Assembly (NCBI GenBank): GCA_963766075.1
Contig: CAVYAN010000072.1
Coordinates: 128,001 to 192,000, forward strand
DNA from: an uncultured cyanobacterium
Lineage (GTDB): Bacteria > Cyanobacteriota > Cyanobacteriia > Leptolyngbyales > Leptolyngbyaceae
Length of the DNA stretch: 64,000 nt
Direction of reading: 5' to 3'
In this document: positions 33,572-44,405 of the stretch, one piece after another
Layout: each line of letters starts with the position of its first letter
Numbering within the stretch: the first letter of the stretch is position 1
Made by a program: the position numbers and the translations under genes
The notes under the pieces: model-generated
The model's input: the letters and a program-made list of their open reading frames with translations, nothing else
What the model was told of the DNA's origin: nothing
The model's database searches: none

Positions 33572-33767
33572 CGCTTGGAATCCGTTTCACGGGGGTTCGC
33601 TTCCAAACTCTACCGTACACAAAACGCACTTTTTCCCCTTTAGTTTTTTCCGTTTCTCAAAACTTTTCTCCAAAGGGCATTTCCTCCTAAGATCAAAGCA
33701 TGCACTGCCCCCGGCTGCTGTCTGTTGCTTGAAGATTTGTTCTATACACTGCATGCCTGCGTAACCT

Positions 33768-35833
33768 ATGACGTGCTGCCTTAATCCTGATTGTCACCAA
33801 CCGTTTAATGCCGATGATGCGGAGTATTGCGCCAGTTGCGGCTCCCGGTTAATTGTCTTGTTACGCGATCGCTACCGGGTCGAACGCCCCCTCGGGCAGG
33901 GTGGGTTTGGTAAAACCTACCTGGCTGTTAATCGCGATCGGCTCGGAGTCCGCTGTGTGATTAAGCAATTTTCACCCAGCCTCCAAGGTTCCAAAGGCTT
34001 AGAAAAAGCTGTGCAACTGTTTGAACAAGAAGCAGTACGGCTGCATGAACTGGGGGAACATCCCCACATTCCCGCCCTGCTGGCCTACTTTGAGTACGAT
34101 AAGCGTCTGTATCTGGTGCAGCAATACATCGAAGGCCAAGATTTACACCAAGAGATGCACCAGCACGGAGCCTTTAATGAACGCAAAATTCGTGAAGTGC
34201 TGGCCCGCATCCTGCCCGTTCTGAAATACGTCCACGAACATCAGGTCATCCATCGCGACATTACCCCCGCCAATATCATTCGCCGCAGTGCCGACCAGCG
34301 CTTAGTTTTGATTGACTTTGGCGTGGCCAAGCTGCTGTCTGCGGACAACGGCCACACCCATATCGGCACCAAAATCGGCACCGAAGGCTATGCCCCCATG
34401 GAACAGTTGCGCAGCGGCAAAGCCTATCCCGCCAGCGATCTCTACAGTCTGGCCGCCACCTGTCTTTATTTAATGACCCAGATTCGCCCGGACGATCTGT
34501 ATGACCCCCTGGAGGGGCGCTGGATTTGGCGCGATCGCCTCCAGCAACGGGGAGGACAGATCAGTAAGCCCCTAGCGCAGATCCTGGACAAAATGCTGAA
34601 AGACTCTGTGAATGAGCGCTACCAGTCCGCTGCGGACGTGATCCAAGACCTCAAGCCGGTTTTGACCACGGTGGCCCCCACGATCGCCGCCCCCCTCTCC
34701 GGTCCCTTCGCCGCCGCTCCGCGGGGCACAGTCGCCCCCCCCCCTTCGCTAGCGTCTCCCCCTCCAGTCCAACCGCCGCCTATCCTCCAACCGCCGCCCC
34801 CTTTCCCTTCTCTACACCAGAAGCCGAAGGCGTTAGCCGGACGCGGGGCCAAGCTGCGCCCCAGCCCGCTCCTACGCCGCCCTACTCGCGGCCCCCCAGC
34901 ACGGGGATTCCCGATGCGGCGCGCCCCCTTTCTGGCAGCAACCAAGCGCGCCAAAGCCTCTATACCCTGACTGGGCATTCCCGCTGGGTGGTTGCCGTGG
35001 CGCTCAATCCTGCCGGGACCCAGGTGGCCAGTGGGGGCTTAGATGACACGATTCGCCTGTGGAATGCCCAGACAGGTGAGCTCTTGCAGGTGCTGACGGG
35101 ACATCGTAAACCCGTCAATAGTCTGGCCTACAGTCCCAATGGCCAGTGGCTAGTCAGCAGCAGTGACGACAACACCATCCGCATTTGGACGGTCCACAAT
35201 GGCACATTGCTGCGGGAATTGACGGGACACACCCGCGATGTCAATTCCGTCGCGGTGCATGCCGAGGGCAAACTCTTGGCCAGCGGTGGGGAAGATCGTT
35301 CGGTGCGGGTGTGGAATTTACAGACTGGGGAACTGCTGCGGGTGTTTTCGGGCATGGGCATGGGCATGATTCGCTCGATCGCCATCAGTCCCGATGCTCA
35401 GCGGATTGCCAGTGGGGGCTTTGACCATCAAATCAAGCTGTGGGATCTGAATTCGGGGGAGCTGGCCCGTCCCTTTATTAAGGGGCATTTCAACGCGGTC
35501 AATGCGTTAGTCATCAGTCCCAATGGCCGCATGCTGATCAGCGCCAGTAAGGATAAGACGATTAAAGTGTGGGATTTGGCCACGGGTGAAACAACGCGGG
35601 TGTTGGTGGAGCACACCGACGCGGTGAATGCCCTGGCGATCGCCCCCGACGGCGAGTTTCTGGTGAGTGGCAGTAGCGACAAAACCGTGCGGCTCTGGAG
35701 TCTCAGTTCCGGTAAAGTGATCCGCACGTTTAATGAACATGCCAATGCCGTCAACGCCGTGGCCATCAGCTCCGATCGCCGCCTGATTGTCAGCGGCAGT
35801 TCGGACAATGCGGTCAAGATTTGGCAAATCTGA
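33768..35833 (+). CDS. Ser/Thr protein kinase with 7 WD40 repeats; frameshift probably in the C10 run at 34735-34744
   Basis: CLNPDC..C..CG zinc ribbon, GQGGFG, HRDITPAN, DFG, GYAPMEQ; the WD40 frame is open upstream of 34988 (LYTLTGHSRWV) back through the C10 run. Confidence 0.88.
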
Positions 35834-35907
35834 TGATGTTGGCTTTTGGGGGATTGTTATTTGAGATTACTGTTATTTGGAATTATGCAAAGGCAATCCC
35901 AAATCCT

Positions 35908-36630
35908 CTAAGGGGCTAGTCGCGCTTTTTTGGCGCGATTGGCCTCGTACCAGGTGGCTACGGCGGGAACCCAGGCTTGGAAATGGGGCCACAGGACTTC
36001 GCAGAGTTTTTGGGCTTCTAGTTGGGCATCGGCTTTCCAGCGCAGATCCAGCAGGTGCATCAGCGATCGCACATTGGCCGACATCACCCAGTGCTGCCGA
36101 ATATCAAAGGGGATCAGTCCGCGGGCATGCTCCTCGGAAAATCCGGCTTGAATGCGTTGGTGATAGTGTTTACAGGCGTCCAGGCACCAGGCGATATCCG
36201 CTTGGCGGTGGGCCTCGGTATATTCGTATTTTTTACCCTGGCGATCGCTATAAAATCCCAAGGGCCGGAGATAAAACACCTCTTCGACTTCACGGACACC
36301 CTCCACCACATCCAAAATTCGTTGCCCGGTATAACGAAAGGATTGGACATCAAAACTGACCCCGACCCGATGGGTGCGGATTTGCTGCATGGTGCTGTGG
36401 GGAAACCAGCCACAGTTCAGCACAATTTGGGGATGTTCCAACGGCCCATAATGACCCCGATTACCCGACAGCAGATTTTTGACCACCAGTGCGCCCGCTT
36501 CGGTTTCATCGGGCCAGCGATCGCGCTCACTGACGACAAAATTTTCGGCATAGTCCTGGTGCATGGCCGCATAAATTGTTTGCTGCGGATTGGGGGTTTG
36601 GGTGATGACTTCAACCGTAAAGCGGTCCAT
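35908..36630 (-). CDS. thyX: FAD-dependent thymidylate synthase
   Basis: GHYGPLEH, QIRTHR...SFDVQSFRY, EHARG.IP, AQLE. Confidence 0.95.
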   Translation of the reverse strand: MDRFTVEVITQTPNPQQTIYAAMHQDYAENFVVSERDRWPDETEAGALVVKNLLSGNRGHYGPLEHPQIVLNCGWFPHSTMQQIRTHRVGVSFDVQSFRYTGQRILDVVEGVREVEEVFYLRPLGFYSDRQGKKYEYTEAHRQADIAWCLDACKHYHQRIQAGFSEEHARGLIPFDIRQHWVMSANVRSLMHLLDLRWKADAQLEAQKLCEVLWPHFQAWVPAVATWYEANRAKKARLAP

Positions 36631-36881
36631 AAATATGCGGCTAGGCCAAAAGTGAGAGGATAGGACATATCAATATACGGGGTCGGCGGCCTCCAACGGG
36701 AGAGTTTTAAGGTTAAGTTTTCATTTCCAGGGGCGGGTTGTAAATCGTCCCTTAAAACAAGCCAATAGGGGGATGGGATCTTCGGGATTTTTGCCCCGAT
36801 CAAAACGGGATCGTTTAAGCTATCTGGAGATACTGCTGCTATCCCTCTGCGGTGGTATCCCGTTGTTACTGAGTTTGCACC

Positions 36882-37766
36882 GTGCCAAATCCCCGTTTTT
36901 CCGTTTTTCCCCTCCTCGTACTCTGTGGTTTGGTGGGCTTTGCGCAGCCCGCCATGTCCCAAGCGTTGGTCCCCCACATTTTGCAAGTTGATAGTGAAAA
37001 GCTGAAACAGCAGGGACTGGGACTGGCACAGGAAGCGGCGCAACTGGCACAATTTCAGCAGTACGAGCTGGCCTTGGCGCGGGCGCAATTGGCGACTCAA
37101 CTGGTGCCCCAAAATGCTGAAATTTGGGCGTTGTTGGGAGGAATCTATTTGCAACTGAACCAGTTAGATCCGGGGATTAATGCTTTGAAGCAAGCCCAAA
37201 AACTGGATGCCAAGAATTCTGCGGTGCTGTTTGCTCTGGGCTCTGCTGCGTTTCAGAAGCAAAACTATGCGGCATCGGTGAGCTACCTCAAGGCTGGCCT
37301 GCAAATTAAGCCCAATATTCCGGGGGCACTGTTTGATTTGGGCAATGCCTATTTGATGCTGCGGCAGTTTTCCGAGGCGATCGCCCAGTACAACGCGGCG
37401 GTGGCCCAGGACAAGGACTTTTGGCCTGCAATGAATAATATTGGCCTGATTAAGTATGAGCAGGGTGATATTCAGGGGGCGTTGAAGCAGTGGAAGACGG
37501 CGGTGGCGGTGGACGCGAAGGCTGCTGAGCCGCGCTTGGCAATTGCGGTGGCGCTGTATCAGACGGGCGATCGCGAGCAGGGTTTGGCCCAGGGCGAGGC
37601 CGCTATCAAATTGGACAGTCGCTATGCTGACCTCAAGTTCCTCAAGGAAAACCTGTGGGGCGATCGCTTGCTCAAGGACACCCAAAATCTCCTAGACACC
37701 CCGCGCCTGCGGGCGACTATCGCCCAGGCATCTCAAAATCAATCGAGTCCTTCAGGCCCGCAATAG
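36882..37766 (+). CDS. Secreted TPR protein
   Basis: Signal peptide, tandem TPRs, FLKENLWG C-terminal motif. Confidence 0.85.
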   Translation: MPNPRFSVFPLLVLCGLVGFAQPAMSQALVPHILQVDSEKLKQQGLGLAQEAAQLAQFQQYELALARAQLATQLVPQNAEIWALLGGIYLQLNQLDPGINALKQAQKLDAKNSAVLFALGSAAFQKQNYAASVSYLKAGLQIKPNIPGALFDLGNAYLMLRQFSEAIAQYNAAVAQDKDFWPAMNNIGLIKYEQGDIQGALKQWKTAVAVDAKAAEPRLAIAVALYQTGDREQGLAQGEAAIKLDSRYADLKFLKENLWGDRLLKDTQNLLDTPRLRATIAQASQNQSSPSGPQ

Positions 37767-37815
37767 GCTGTGCCCGCAGGGTTTGGTATGCTGTTGGCAA
37801 CGCAGGCGTGAGATT

Positions 37816-38421
37816 ATGGTTCCCCAGGTGCGCTACTCCAGTAAATTGCGGCGATCGCCCCGCCGATCGCGACTGCGGCGATCGCTGGTGCTGTTGGCGC
37901 TGCCGATTGTGGTGCCTTTTCTGTGGTTGAGCTATCGCGAAGTCCGGGCTGCCATTAGTCCCGCCCAGGCGATGTTGGTGCTGGGGGGAAATACCAACCG
38001 CGAAAAGTTTGCGGCTGTCCTGGCCCAGGAGCATCCCACCCTGCCCATTTGGATTTCTAGCGGCAGTAACCCGGAATATACCGAGTGGCTGTTTAGTTCG
38101 GCGGGCATCGATCCGGGTCGGGTCCATATTGACCGCCGTGCCGTTGATACGGTGACCAATTTCACGACGTTGGCCGACCAACTGCAAAACCAGGGCATCC
38201 ATACGGTGTATCTGATTACCTCGGACTATCACATGCCACGGGCGCGGGTGATTGGCGAAATTGTGTTTGCCAGTCGGGGCATTTTTATTAAACCCATGCC
38301 GGTGCCTTCGCGCGAAACGGAGCCTTTTATTAAAACGGTTCGCGATGCGGCGCGGGCGTTGCTGTGGGTGACGACGGGCGATACGGGGGAGCGGTTTAGT
38401 CGCAAGGGAAACGATAATTAG
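37816..38421 (+). CDS. YdcF / DUF218 family protein
   Basis: LVLGG...RE, A.DTVTNF, TSDYHMPRA. Confidence 0.88.
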   Translation: MVPQVRYSSKLRRSPRRSRLRRSLVLLALPIVVPFLWLSYREVRAAISPAQAMLVLGGNTNREKFAAVLAQEHPTLPIWISSGSNPEYTEWLFSSAGIDPGRVHIDRRAVDTVTNFTTLADQLQNQGIHTVYLITSDYHMPRARVIGEIVFASRGIFIKPMPVPSRETEPFIKTVRDAARALLWVTTGDTGERFSRKGNDN

Positions 38422-38588
38422 GCGATTTCCAAGAAAATATGCCCACTGAGAAATAGATTCGCTGGCTGAGCGAAGTCGAAGCCAGTAGAAGCCAGCGGAA
38501 GATTGCTCCCTACCCTGCAGGAAGCGAACTACGACTCCGCTCAGGGAGCAGTCTGGGTCGGTAGATTCTTTTATAGAAATCTCCTTAG
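38419..38588. mobile_element. MITE/REP-like dispersed element, copy 4
   Basis: Left end TAGGCGATTTCCAAGAAA (uses the ydcF stop), right end TTTATAGAAATCTCCTTA; two core hairpins inside. Confidence 0.7.
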
Positions 38589-38663
38589 GGCCTGCGCAAG
38601 CGTCTGGTTAGTTGGTGTGTGATGCTGCTGGTGTATTAGGAGAGTGCCCGAATCAAGCCCGAA

Positions 38664-38954
38664 TCAAGAGAGTGCCTGAATCAAGACATAGGGCTGCACA
38701 ATCAGGGCCTTGAATCGGGCGGTTTGATTGGCATTCCATTCGCTGAGCTGGAGTTGGGAGGGTTTTTGAATGAGGGCTTCTGCAATCCAGCGTTGCACGG
38801 TGGCAGTGGTGTCGTTGGCGATCGCGACGCCGACATCGGCTAGCTCTAGCCGCTCATCGACCCAAATCAGCGCATTCCGCCGTGCATGGGGCATGAGCCA
38901 TTCCCAGGCGGCTTCATCAATGGCTTCTAATAACTCGGCTCGCAGATCACTCAT
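38664..38954 (-). CDS. DUF2288 family protein
   Basis: W.WL.PHA.R.A.I.V...L.L.DVG.AIA.D....V..WI; FKALIVQPYVLIQ. Confidence 0.85.
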   Translation of the reverse strand: MSDLRAELLEAIDEAAWEWLMPHARRNALIWVDERLELADVGVAIANDTTATVQRWIAEALIQKPSQLQLSEWNANQTARFKALIVQPYVLIQALS

Positions 38955-39677
38955 GAATTGATGCTTGGTGTTTGATGTTTCTGAATAGACAATGGGGTCT
39001 GGTGCCCAGATTTGCTTTATCCCAGATTCGCTTTATCTTAATACGCTGACTGACTCCTACACCAGTACGGGGAGCAAGTTGCGGGTGTTCCTAGCCCAAG
39101 TCTGGACATCTGGACTGGGAATGGGGGCAGCTTATGGGGATGACCGACCGTCGGGGGCCGATAGCCTTTGGTCGGGGGCCGATCCGCGCATGCTCCGTGA
39201 GGCCACTCGAATCACAATCGGCGAGTCGCGTAGGGGCACGATCTGGCTCCGCCGGATGCTTGGTCTGGGAGCGCCTGCGCTTTGGGAACTATGGCAACGG
39301 ATCCAAATCTTAGTGAATGAGGCTGAGGAAGCCCGCCGTCAAAGACTATCCACTGAGAGGGTTGGCTGGTTAATTCCCCGGCACTTTTTCAAATCAGCGA
39401 ACCGACAGTCTAATGGCTGGAGACGGATTAGCCTGCCGATTTCTTTTATTCTTAAAGTGGTCTAATGGTCAATCGGCAGCAAAGGGGATAATGCTTACCC
39501 CTAACTGATTTACCCCGTCAAATTTACTCCTCAAATTTACTCCTAAGGACAAACGCCTGCATTCAGCGCTACACCAGTCGCTAGATACAGTTTATTTTTA
39601 ACTCGCGGAGAGAGCAGTTCTTCACTCGTGGGGTGGGCGGAGCCAAACCCCGAACCTAATTGGAGGTTTTGACTGAT

Positions 39678-40673
39678 TTAGGTTTTGAGCGGGCCGTAGA
39701 CGGCATAGCCTTTGGCGGCGATGGGTGGCGGGACGAGGGGCTTAATCCCAGCTAGGTCGAGAATTTGGGGAATCAAATCTTCGCGTTTGACCGCCATCAA
39801 ATGTACACCCTGGCAGAGGTCGCGGGCGGCTTGCACCTGTTCAGCGGCAATTTGGATACCTTCCTGCAAGGGATCGGCAGCGCGCTCGAGGCGAGCAATC
39901 AAGTGCTCGGGAATCTGCACGCCAGGAACGCAGCGATTGATAAATTGGGCATTTTTTGCAGACTTGAGCAGGAAAATTCCCGCTAGAACCGGCTTATCGC
40001 ACCCTGCGGCGATTTGGGTCATAAATTTTTCGAGGCGATCGAAGTCGGTGATTAACTGACTTTGGAAAAATTGAGCGCCTGCTTGCAATTTTCGGTGAAA
40101 GCGGCTTTTGAGCCCGGACCAACTATCACTTTGCGGATCAACAGCCGCTCCAGTAAACAGATCCGTAGCGCCATCGGTGAGCGGTTTGTCATTGAAATCA
40201 TTGCCGCCGTTCATTTTGCGGATCAGGTGGAGGAGGCGAACGGCCTCCAGTTCAAACACGGCCTTCGCATCGGGATGGTCGCCTGCTTTGACAGGATCGC
40301 CCGTTAGGGCCAGGATATTCCGCAGTCCCAGGGCTTGGGCACCCAGTAGATCCGCTTGGATACCGATCGGATTGCGATCGCGGCAGGTGATTTGACAAAT
40401 CGGTTCGATGCCTTGCTGCTTCAGCAGCACACAGGAGGCTAAGGAGGACATCCGCATCACCGCCCGACTGCCATCGGTGACGTTGACCCCATGAACACGT
40501 CCCTTCAATTGGGCCGCCATGGCCAGCATGTGGCTGGGATCAACCCCCTTCGGTGGGGCCACTTCAGCCGTGATCAGAAACGCCCCCGATGCCACAGCAG
40601 AGCTAAAGGCGGGATCAGGGGAGAGGGCAGAAGACAGGGGTACAGAAGACAGGGGTACAGAAGGCATGAACAA
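39678..40673 (-). CDS. metF: Methylenetetrahydrofolate reductase
   Basis: ITAEVAPPKG, NVTD, TCRDRN, LALTGDP, GAQFFQSQ; true start may lie downstream of the N-terminal repeat. Confidence 0.93.
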   Translation of the reverse strand: MFMPSVPLSSVPLSSALSPDPAFSSAVASGAFLITAEVAPPKGVDPSHMLAMAAQLKGRVHGVNVTDGSRAVMRMSSLASCVLLKQQGIEPICQITCRDRNPIGIQADLLGAQALGLRNILALTGDPVKAGDHPDAKAVFELEAVRLLHLIRKMNGGNDFNDKPLTDGATDLFTGAAVDPQSDSWSGLKSRFHRKLQAGAQFFQSQLITDFDRLEKFMTQIAAGCDKPVLAGIFLLKSAKNAQFINRCVPGVQIPEHLIARLERAADPLQEGIQIAAEQVQAARDLCQGVHLMAVKREDLIPQILDLAGIKPLVPPPIAAKGYAVYGPLKT

Positions 40674-40679
40674 GGCCGA

Positions 40680-41690
40680 TTACACAGGGAGGGCATAGCC
40701 GAAGGCAGTTTTGACGCGGGTGAGGGTTTGGTAGGCGATCGCCCCGGCTTTTTCCCGGCCATCCCGGAGAACGGAGTCCAGATAGCCCTTGTCGTCGAGG
40801 ATGGCGTGATACTTTTCCTGAATCGGGGCAAGGTGAGCGATCGCGACCTCTGTCAGCAGGGGTTTGAACTGCCCCCAGCCCATATCCTGACATTCTGCGG
40901 CCACGGTTTCCTTAGATTTCCCTGACATCAGCATGTAGAGTGTCAGCAGATTTTGGCATTCTGGACGCTCGGGATCACCAAAAACCAAGCCCCGCTGGGG
41001 ATCGGTTTTACACTTTTTGATTTTGGTTTGAATCAGTTCCGGCGAATCCAACAGATTGATTCGGCTCAAATCAGATGGGTCAGATTTAGACATTTTGCGG
41101 GTGCCATCCGTCAAACTCATGACGCGCGCCCCGTCAGCTCGGATCAGCGCGCTGGGCACTTTGAGCACAGGAGCCTTGGGCTTGCCGAACTGATGATTAA
41201 TGCGATCGGCAATGTCGCGGGTCAGTTCGATATGTTGCTTTTGATCCTCGCCCACGGGCACTTTATCGGCATCATAGAGCAAAATATCCGCCGCCATCAG
41301 AACGGGATAGTCCAGCAGGCCCATGCTGACGTTTTGCCCTTGCTTGATGGCCTTTTCCTTGAACTGGATCATATCCTCAAGCCAGTTGACCGGGGTAATG
41401 CAGTTCAGCAGCCACGCCAATTCGGCATGGGCGGAAATATGGGACTGCACAAAAATACTGGAACAGGTCAGATCAATGCCACAGGCCAGGTAAAGCGCAG
41501 CGATCGCATGGGTATCGGCGGCCAGGGTCGCAGGATTATGGGGAACCGTGATGGCGTGCAGATCGACGACACAAAAAAAGTTGTCATACTCCTGCTGGGC
41601 CTCCACCCAGGTGCGGATGGCACCCAAATAGTTGCCCAAGTGCAGGTTGCCCGTGGGCTGAACTCCAGAAAGAACACGCTGTTTCGTCAT
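40680..41690 (-). CDS. trpS: Tryptophan--tRNA ligase
   Basis: SGVQPTG.LHLGNYLG, VPVGEDQ.QH, KMSKS. Confidence 0.98.
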   Translation of the reverse strand: MTKQRVLSGVQPTGNLHLGNYLGAIRTWVEAQQEYDNFFCVVDLHAITVPHNPATLAADTHAIAALYLACGIDLTCSSIFVQSHISAHAELAWLLNCITPVNWLEDMIQFKEKAIKQGQNVSMGLLDYPVLMAADILLYDADKVPVGEDQKQHIELTRDIADRINHQFGKPKAPVLKVPSALIRADGARVMSLTDGTRKMSKSDPSDLSRINLLDSPELIQTKIKKCKTDPQRGLVFGDPERPECQNLLTLYMLMSGKSKETVAAECQDMGWGQFKPLLTEVAIAHLAPIQEKYHAILDDKGYLDSVLRDGREKAGAIAYQTLTRVKTAFGYALPV

Positions 41691-42302
41691 GTGCGATCGC
41701 CATACTGAGATTTGTGATCCTTCCAATTATTACCTACTCCCGTAATCCAAGCACAGATGAATCAAGAAGTGTCGCGGGTCTGCTCCCAGTTAATTCCCCT
41801 AGCCTTTTTCAAACAAGCGGGTTAAAAGTTTTTATTTGCACATAACATTTTCAGGCATTAAGTATAATTACGTAGTTACTCATAGATAATGCGACACGTT
41901 TTCCAGACGAGAATCAGCCCCAAAGCTGATTCTTGCAGACTGTGATCGCAAAAAACCCATCCGGAGCCTACCCTAGAACCCTTACAATCATGGAATTTAG
42001 CATGGCACCCGGACTTTTCAACAGTATTCCGGGCTATCTACCGCAATGAATTCACGCTGAACGACCAGTAAACGACAAGTATTAATGAATTGTCCTGACG
42101 GAACCCCGAACTTTAGGATAGTATTAATTAGAACTTCGGTTTTTACGGGTTGCAAATAATACTTTATACCCTTAGAAGCTGGATTTTGAGGCCGTGGCCA
42201 GCCACGCTTTGATGGTGCTGCTTTCGAGGGCGCAGACCAGCGAGCGCCGACCGATTTAGCACCTGTTTTCCGATCTTCCTATGCGTAGGAGTTTTAGATA
42301 TT

Positions 42303-43589
42303 GTGAGCACTTGGACAGCTCAAAGTCCCCGATACATTGATCACGCAGAGCAGAAGCTATACGACCATCTGCTCCAGCTTGTGCAGTCTGCTCCGCCCAG
42401 TCAACTGATTCGCTGCTTTCAGGCTCTATTTATTGATGGGGTGGGCTATCAAGACACCGAAATTATGGCGGCCTTGGATGCGATCGCCGCCACCAAAGCG
42501 GCTGATCAAGAGTTTCGCTTTGTGCTGAATCGTTGCTGCCATATTTTGATTAACCGTTGGCAGGCACGTCCGCAGTTGCAGCCCAGCATTCCTGAACTGG
42601 TGGCACTTTTCGAGTCCCCGCCCTCCAGACAGGCCATCACCTACAGTCGCTCCCGGGCGGTTCGCCGAATCCGAAGTTTGACCCAGGATTTTACCCGCAG
42701 TGAGCAATACCTGACCCTGCGCCGATTGTCCCAGGTCCTCGTCCCTGCCCCGGCGACGGCCATTCCTGACTCCACCGCGCTGGGCAACTTAATTCGACGG
42801 TATCCGTATTTGTACGAGCATTGCTTACTGGCGGAAGGCTGCACCCAAACCGAAACCGAGACTGTGCACCAATTACAGGAAAAAGCGCAGCGCCAGTACG
42901 AAGTGGATCTATCACACTATGTCACCTATCAAGTGCGGCGATCGCGATCCATCGTTCCAGGCACACCCCCAAGCAATCGCGTGATTGCCCCTGTGGCCAA
43001 TCCCACCTTGCTCACCGAAGATGACCTTTGCGTGGCCCTGAAACATTTTGTCGGCAGATCCCAGGGAAATTACAGCTATCGCGATTTAGCCCAGCGGTTT
43101 TTGCAGGGCAGTCGCACCCAGAAATACGGGTCCTTCAAGGATGATCTGTATCAGTATTTGACGGCATCCGTTGATGCGGGCTACGGCAAACGTCAGTTCA
43201 ACAATCAACTGCATACCCAACTGCGAAACCTGCTGCCCGACAGCCATCAGCAGCCGGTGAACGAGTTTTTGATGATTCGGACCTGTAGCCAACTGCTGAA
43301 TTTTTTGGTGGTCGAAAGTCCCAAAAAGCCAGAACACTTCCTGTTTGTCGATCTGATTTCTAATTTAGGGCCAGTTCTGACTACGGGACTGCTGCTCAAA
43401 CTGGTGCTGATTTGCCGCAAGATCAGACCCTATCTGGGCAAGCGATTTTCAATTTTGTTTAGCCACTACGAAACCTGCACACAGGAAACCGTGATGTGGT
43501 TGGTGTATGCGCTGGAAAACCTGAATATCGCCCTCAGCACGAATTTGAGCACGGGTGATATGTCGTTCATCAATCAATGGATGCCGTAA
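42303..43589 (+). CDS. Hypothetical protein (428 aa), likely conserved in cyanobacteria
   Basis: Long ORF with motif-like blocks (LNRCCHILINRWQ, LIRRYPYLYEH, NPTLL); no family recognised. Confidence 0.75.
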   Translation: MSTWTAQSPRYIDHAEQKLYDHLLQLVQSAPPSQLIRCFQALFIDGVGYQDTEIMAALDAIAATKAADQEFRFVLNRCCHILINRWQARPQLQPSIPELVALFESPPSRQAITYSRSRAVRRIRSLTQDFTRSEQYLTLRRLSQVLVPAPATAIPDSTALGNLIRRYPYLYEHCLLAEGCTQTETETVHQLQEKAQRQYEVDLSHYVTYQVRRSRSIVPGTPPSNRVIAPVANPTLLTEDDLCVALKHFVGRSQGNYSYRDLAQRFLQGSRTQKYGSFKDDLYQYLTASVDAGYGKRQFNNQLHTQLRNLLPDSHQQPVNEFLMIRTCSQLLNFLVVESPKKPEHFLFVDLISNLGPVLTTGLLLKLVLICRKIRPYLGKRFSILFSHYETCTQETVMWLVYALENLNIALSTNLSTGDMSFINQWMP

Positions 43590-43705
43590 AGAATGCTCCG
43601 GAAAATCCTGGATAAAGAGCACCGCTCTCTTTACCGATTTTGTGCTAATTTAACTTTTGATATGTCTGCTGTATTCTTGTAATCTTTCAGGAGAGATTAA
43701 TCGGG

Positions 43706-43885
43706 ATGACCCAAGTAGTGCTCGGTGAAAACGAAGGGATCGATTCTGCCTTGCGCCGCTTTAAGCGCCAAGTATCCAAGGCGGGTATTTTGGCAGACTT
43801 AAGATCGCATCGCAATTTTGAAACGCCGATCGAAAAGCGCAAGCGCAAGGCGATCGCGGCGCGTCGGAAGCGGCGTTATAACTAA
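43706..43885 (+). CDS. rpsU: 30S ribosomal protein S21 (below the ORF-track length cutoff)
   Basis: Manual translation [68 protein letters not shown] upstream. Confidence 0.97.
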   Translation: MTQVVLGENEGIDSALRRFKRQVSKAGILADLRSHRNFETPIEKRKRKAIAARRKRRYN

Positions 43886-44026
43886 AAATTTTCCAAGGAA
43901 AATCTGGTACAAACGCGATGGTGTCTAGCATCTTCGCGTTTTTTGATGCGTTTTTCGGGTCTTACGTTTTCGGGCCTTCCGTTTTTGGGCGTCGTGTTTC
44001 CTACCTGCCGCTGGGCGGCTAGCCCA

Positions 44027-44326
44027 CTACGGCATATGGAGCAAAAACTCCACGCGGGGCAGCAGGGGATCGTTGACCAAGCCAACGCCTGTGAACGCCC
44101 ACCGTTTGAGGAGGTTGCCAATCTGGCTACCCAGAATAGATTCAACGGAAAAGCGATCGGCGAGCTCGGCAGCGTGGGTATTCAGATAACTGAGGGCATC
44201 GAAGTGTTCGCGAAATAGCAGGACAAAACTCTCCTGTTCCACGCGATCGGGGTTTTGCCGAGGATGGGCAGCTAGGTAACTGCCATCGGCCTTAGAGCGC
44301 ACCAGATAATAGGTTTCTGAAAGCAT
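44027..44326 (-). CDS. Hypothetical protein
   Basis: MLSETYYLVRSKADGSYL...FREHFDALSYLNTHA...DPLLPRVEF. Confidence 0.7.
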   Translation of the reverse strand: MLSETYYLVRSKADGSYLAAHPRQNPDRVEQESFVLLFREHFDALSYLNTHAAELADRFSVESILGSQIGNLLKRWAFTGVGLVNDPLLPRVEFLLHMP

Positions 44327-44405
44327 AATGGGAGCAAGCGTTGCTAAACGGGCGTGATGGAACAGGGCCTGATTTACCCCAAAACACCGAGGAACGCGGT
44401 TAATA

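Noticed and set aside
38992..39465. 157-aa plus-strand ORF
   Set aside because: No recognisable motif, no RBS and atypical composition; probably spurious
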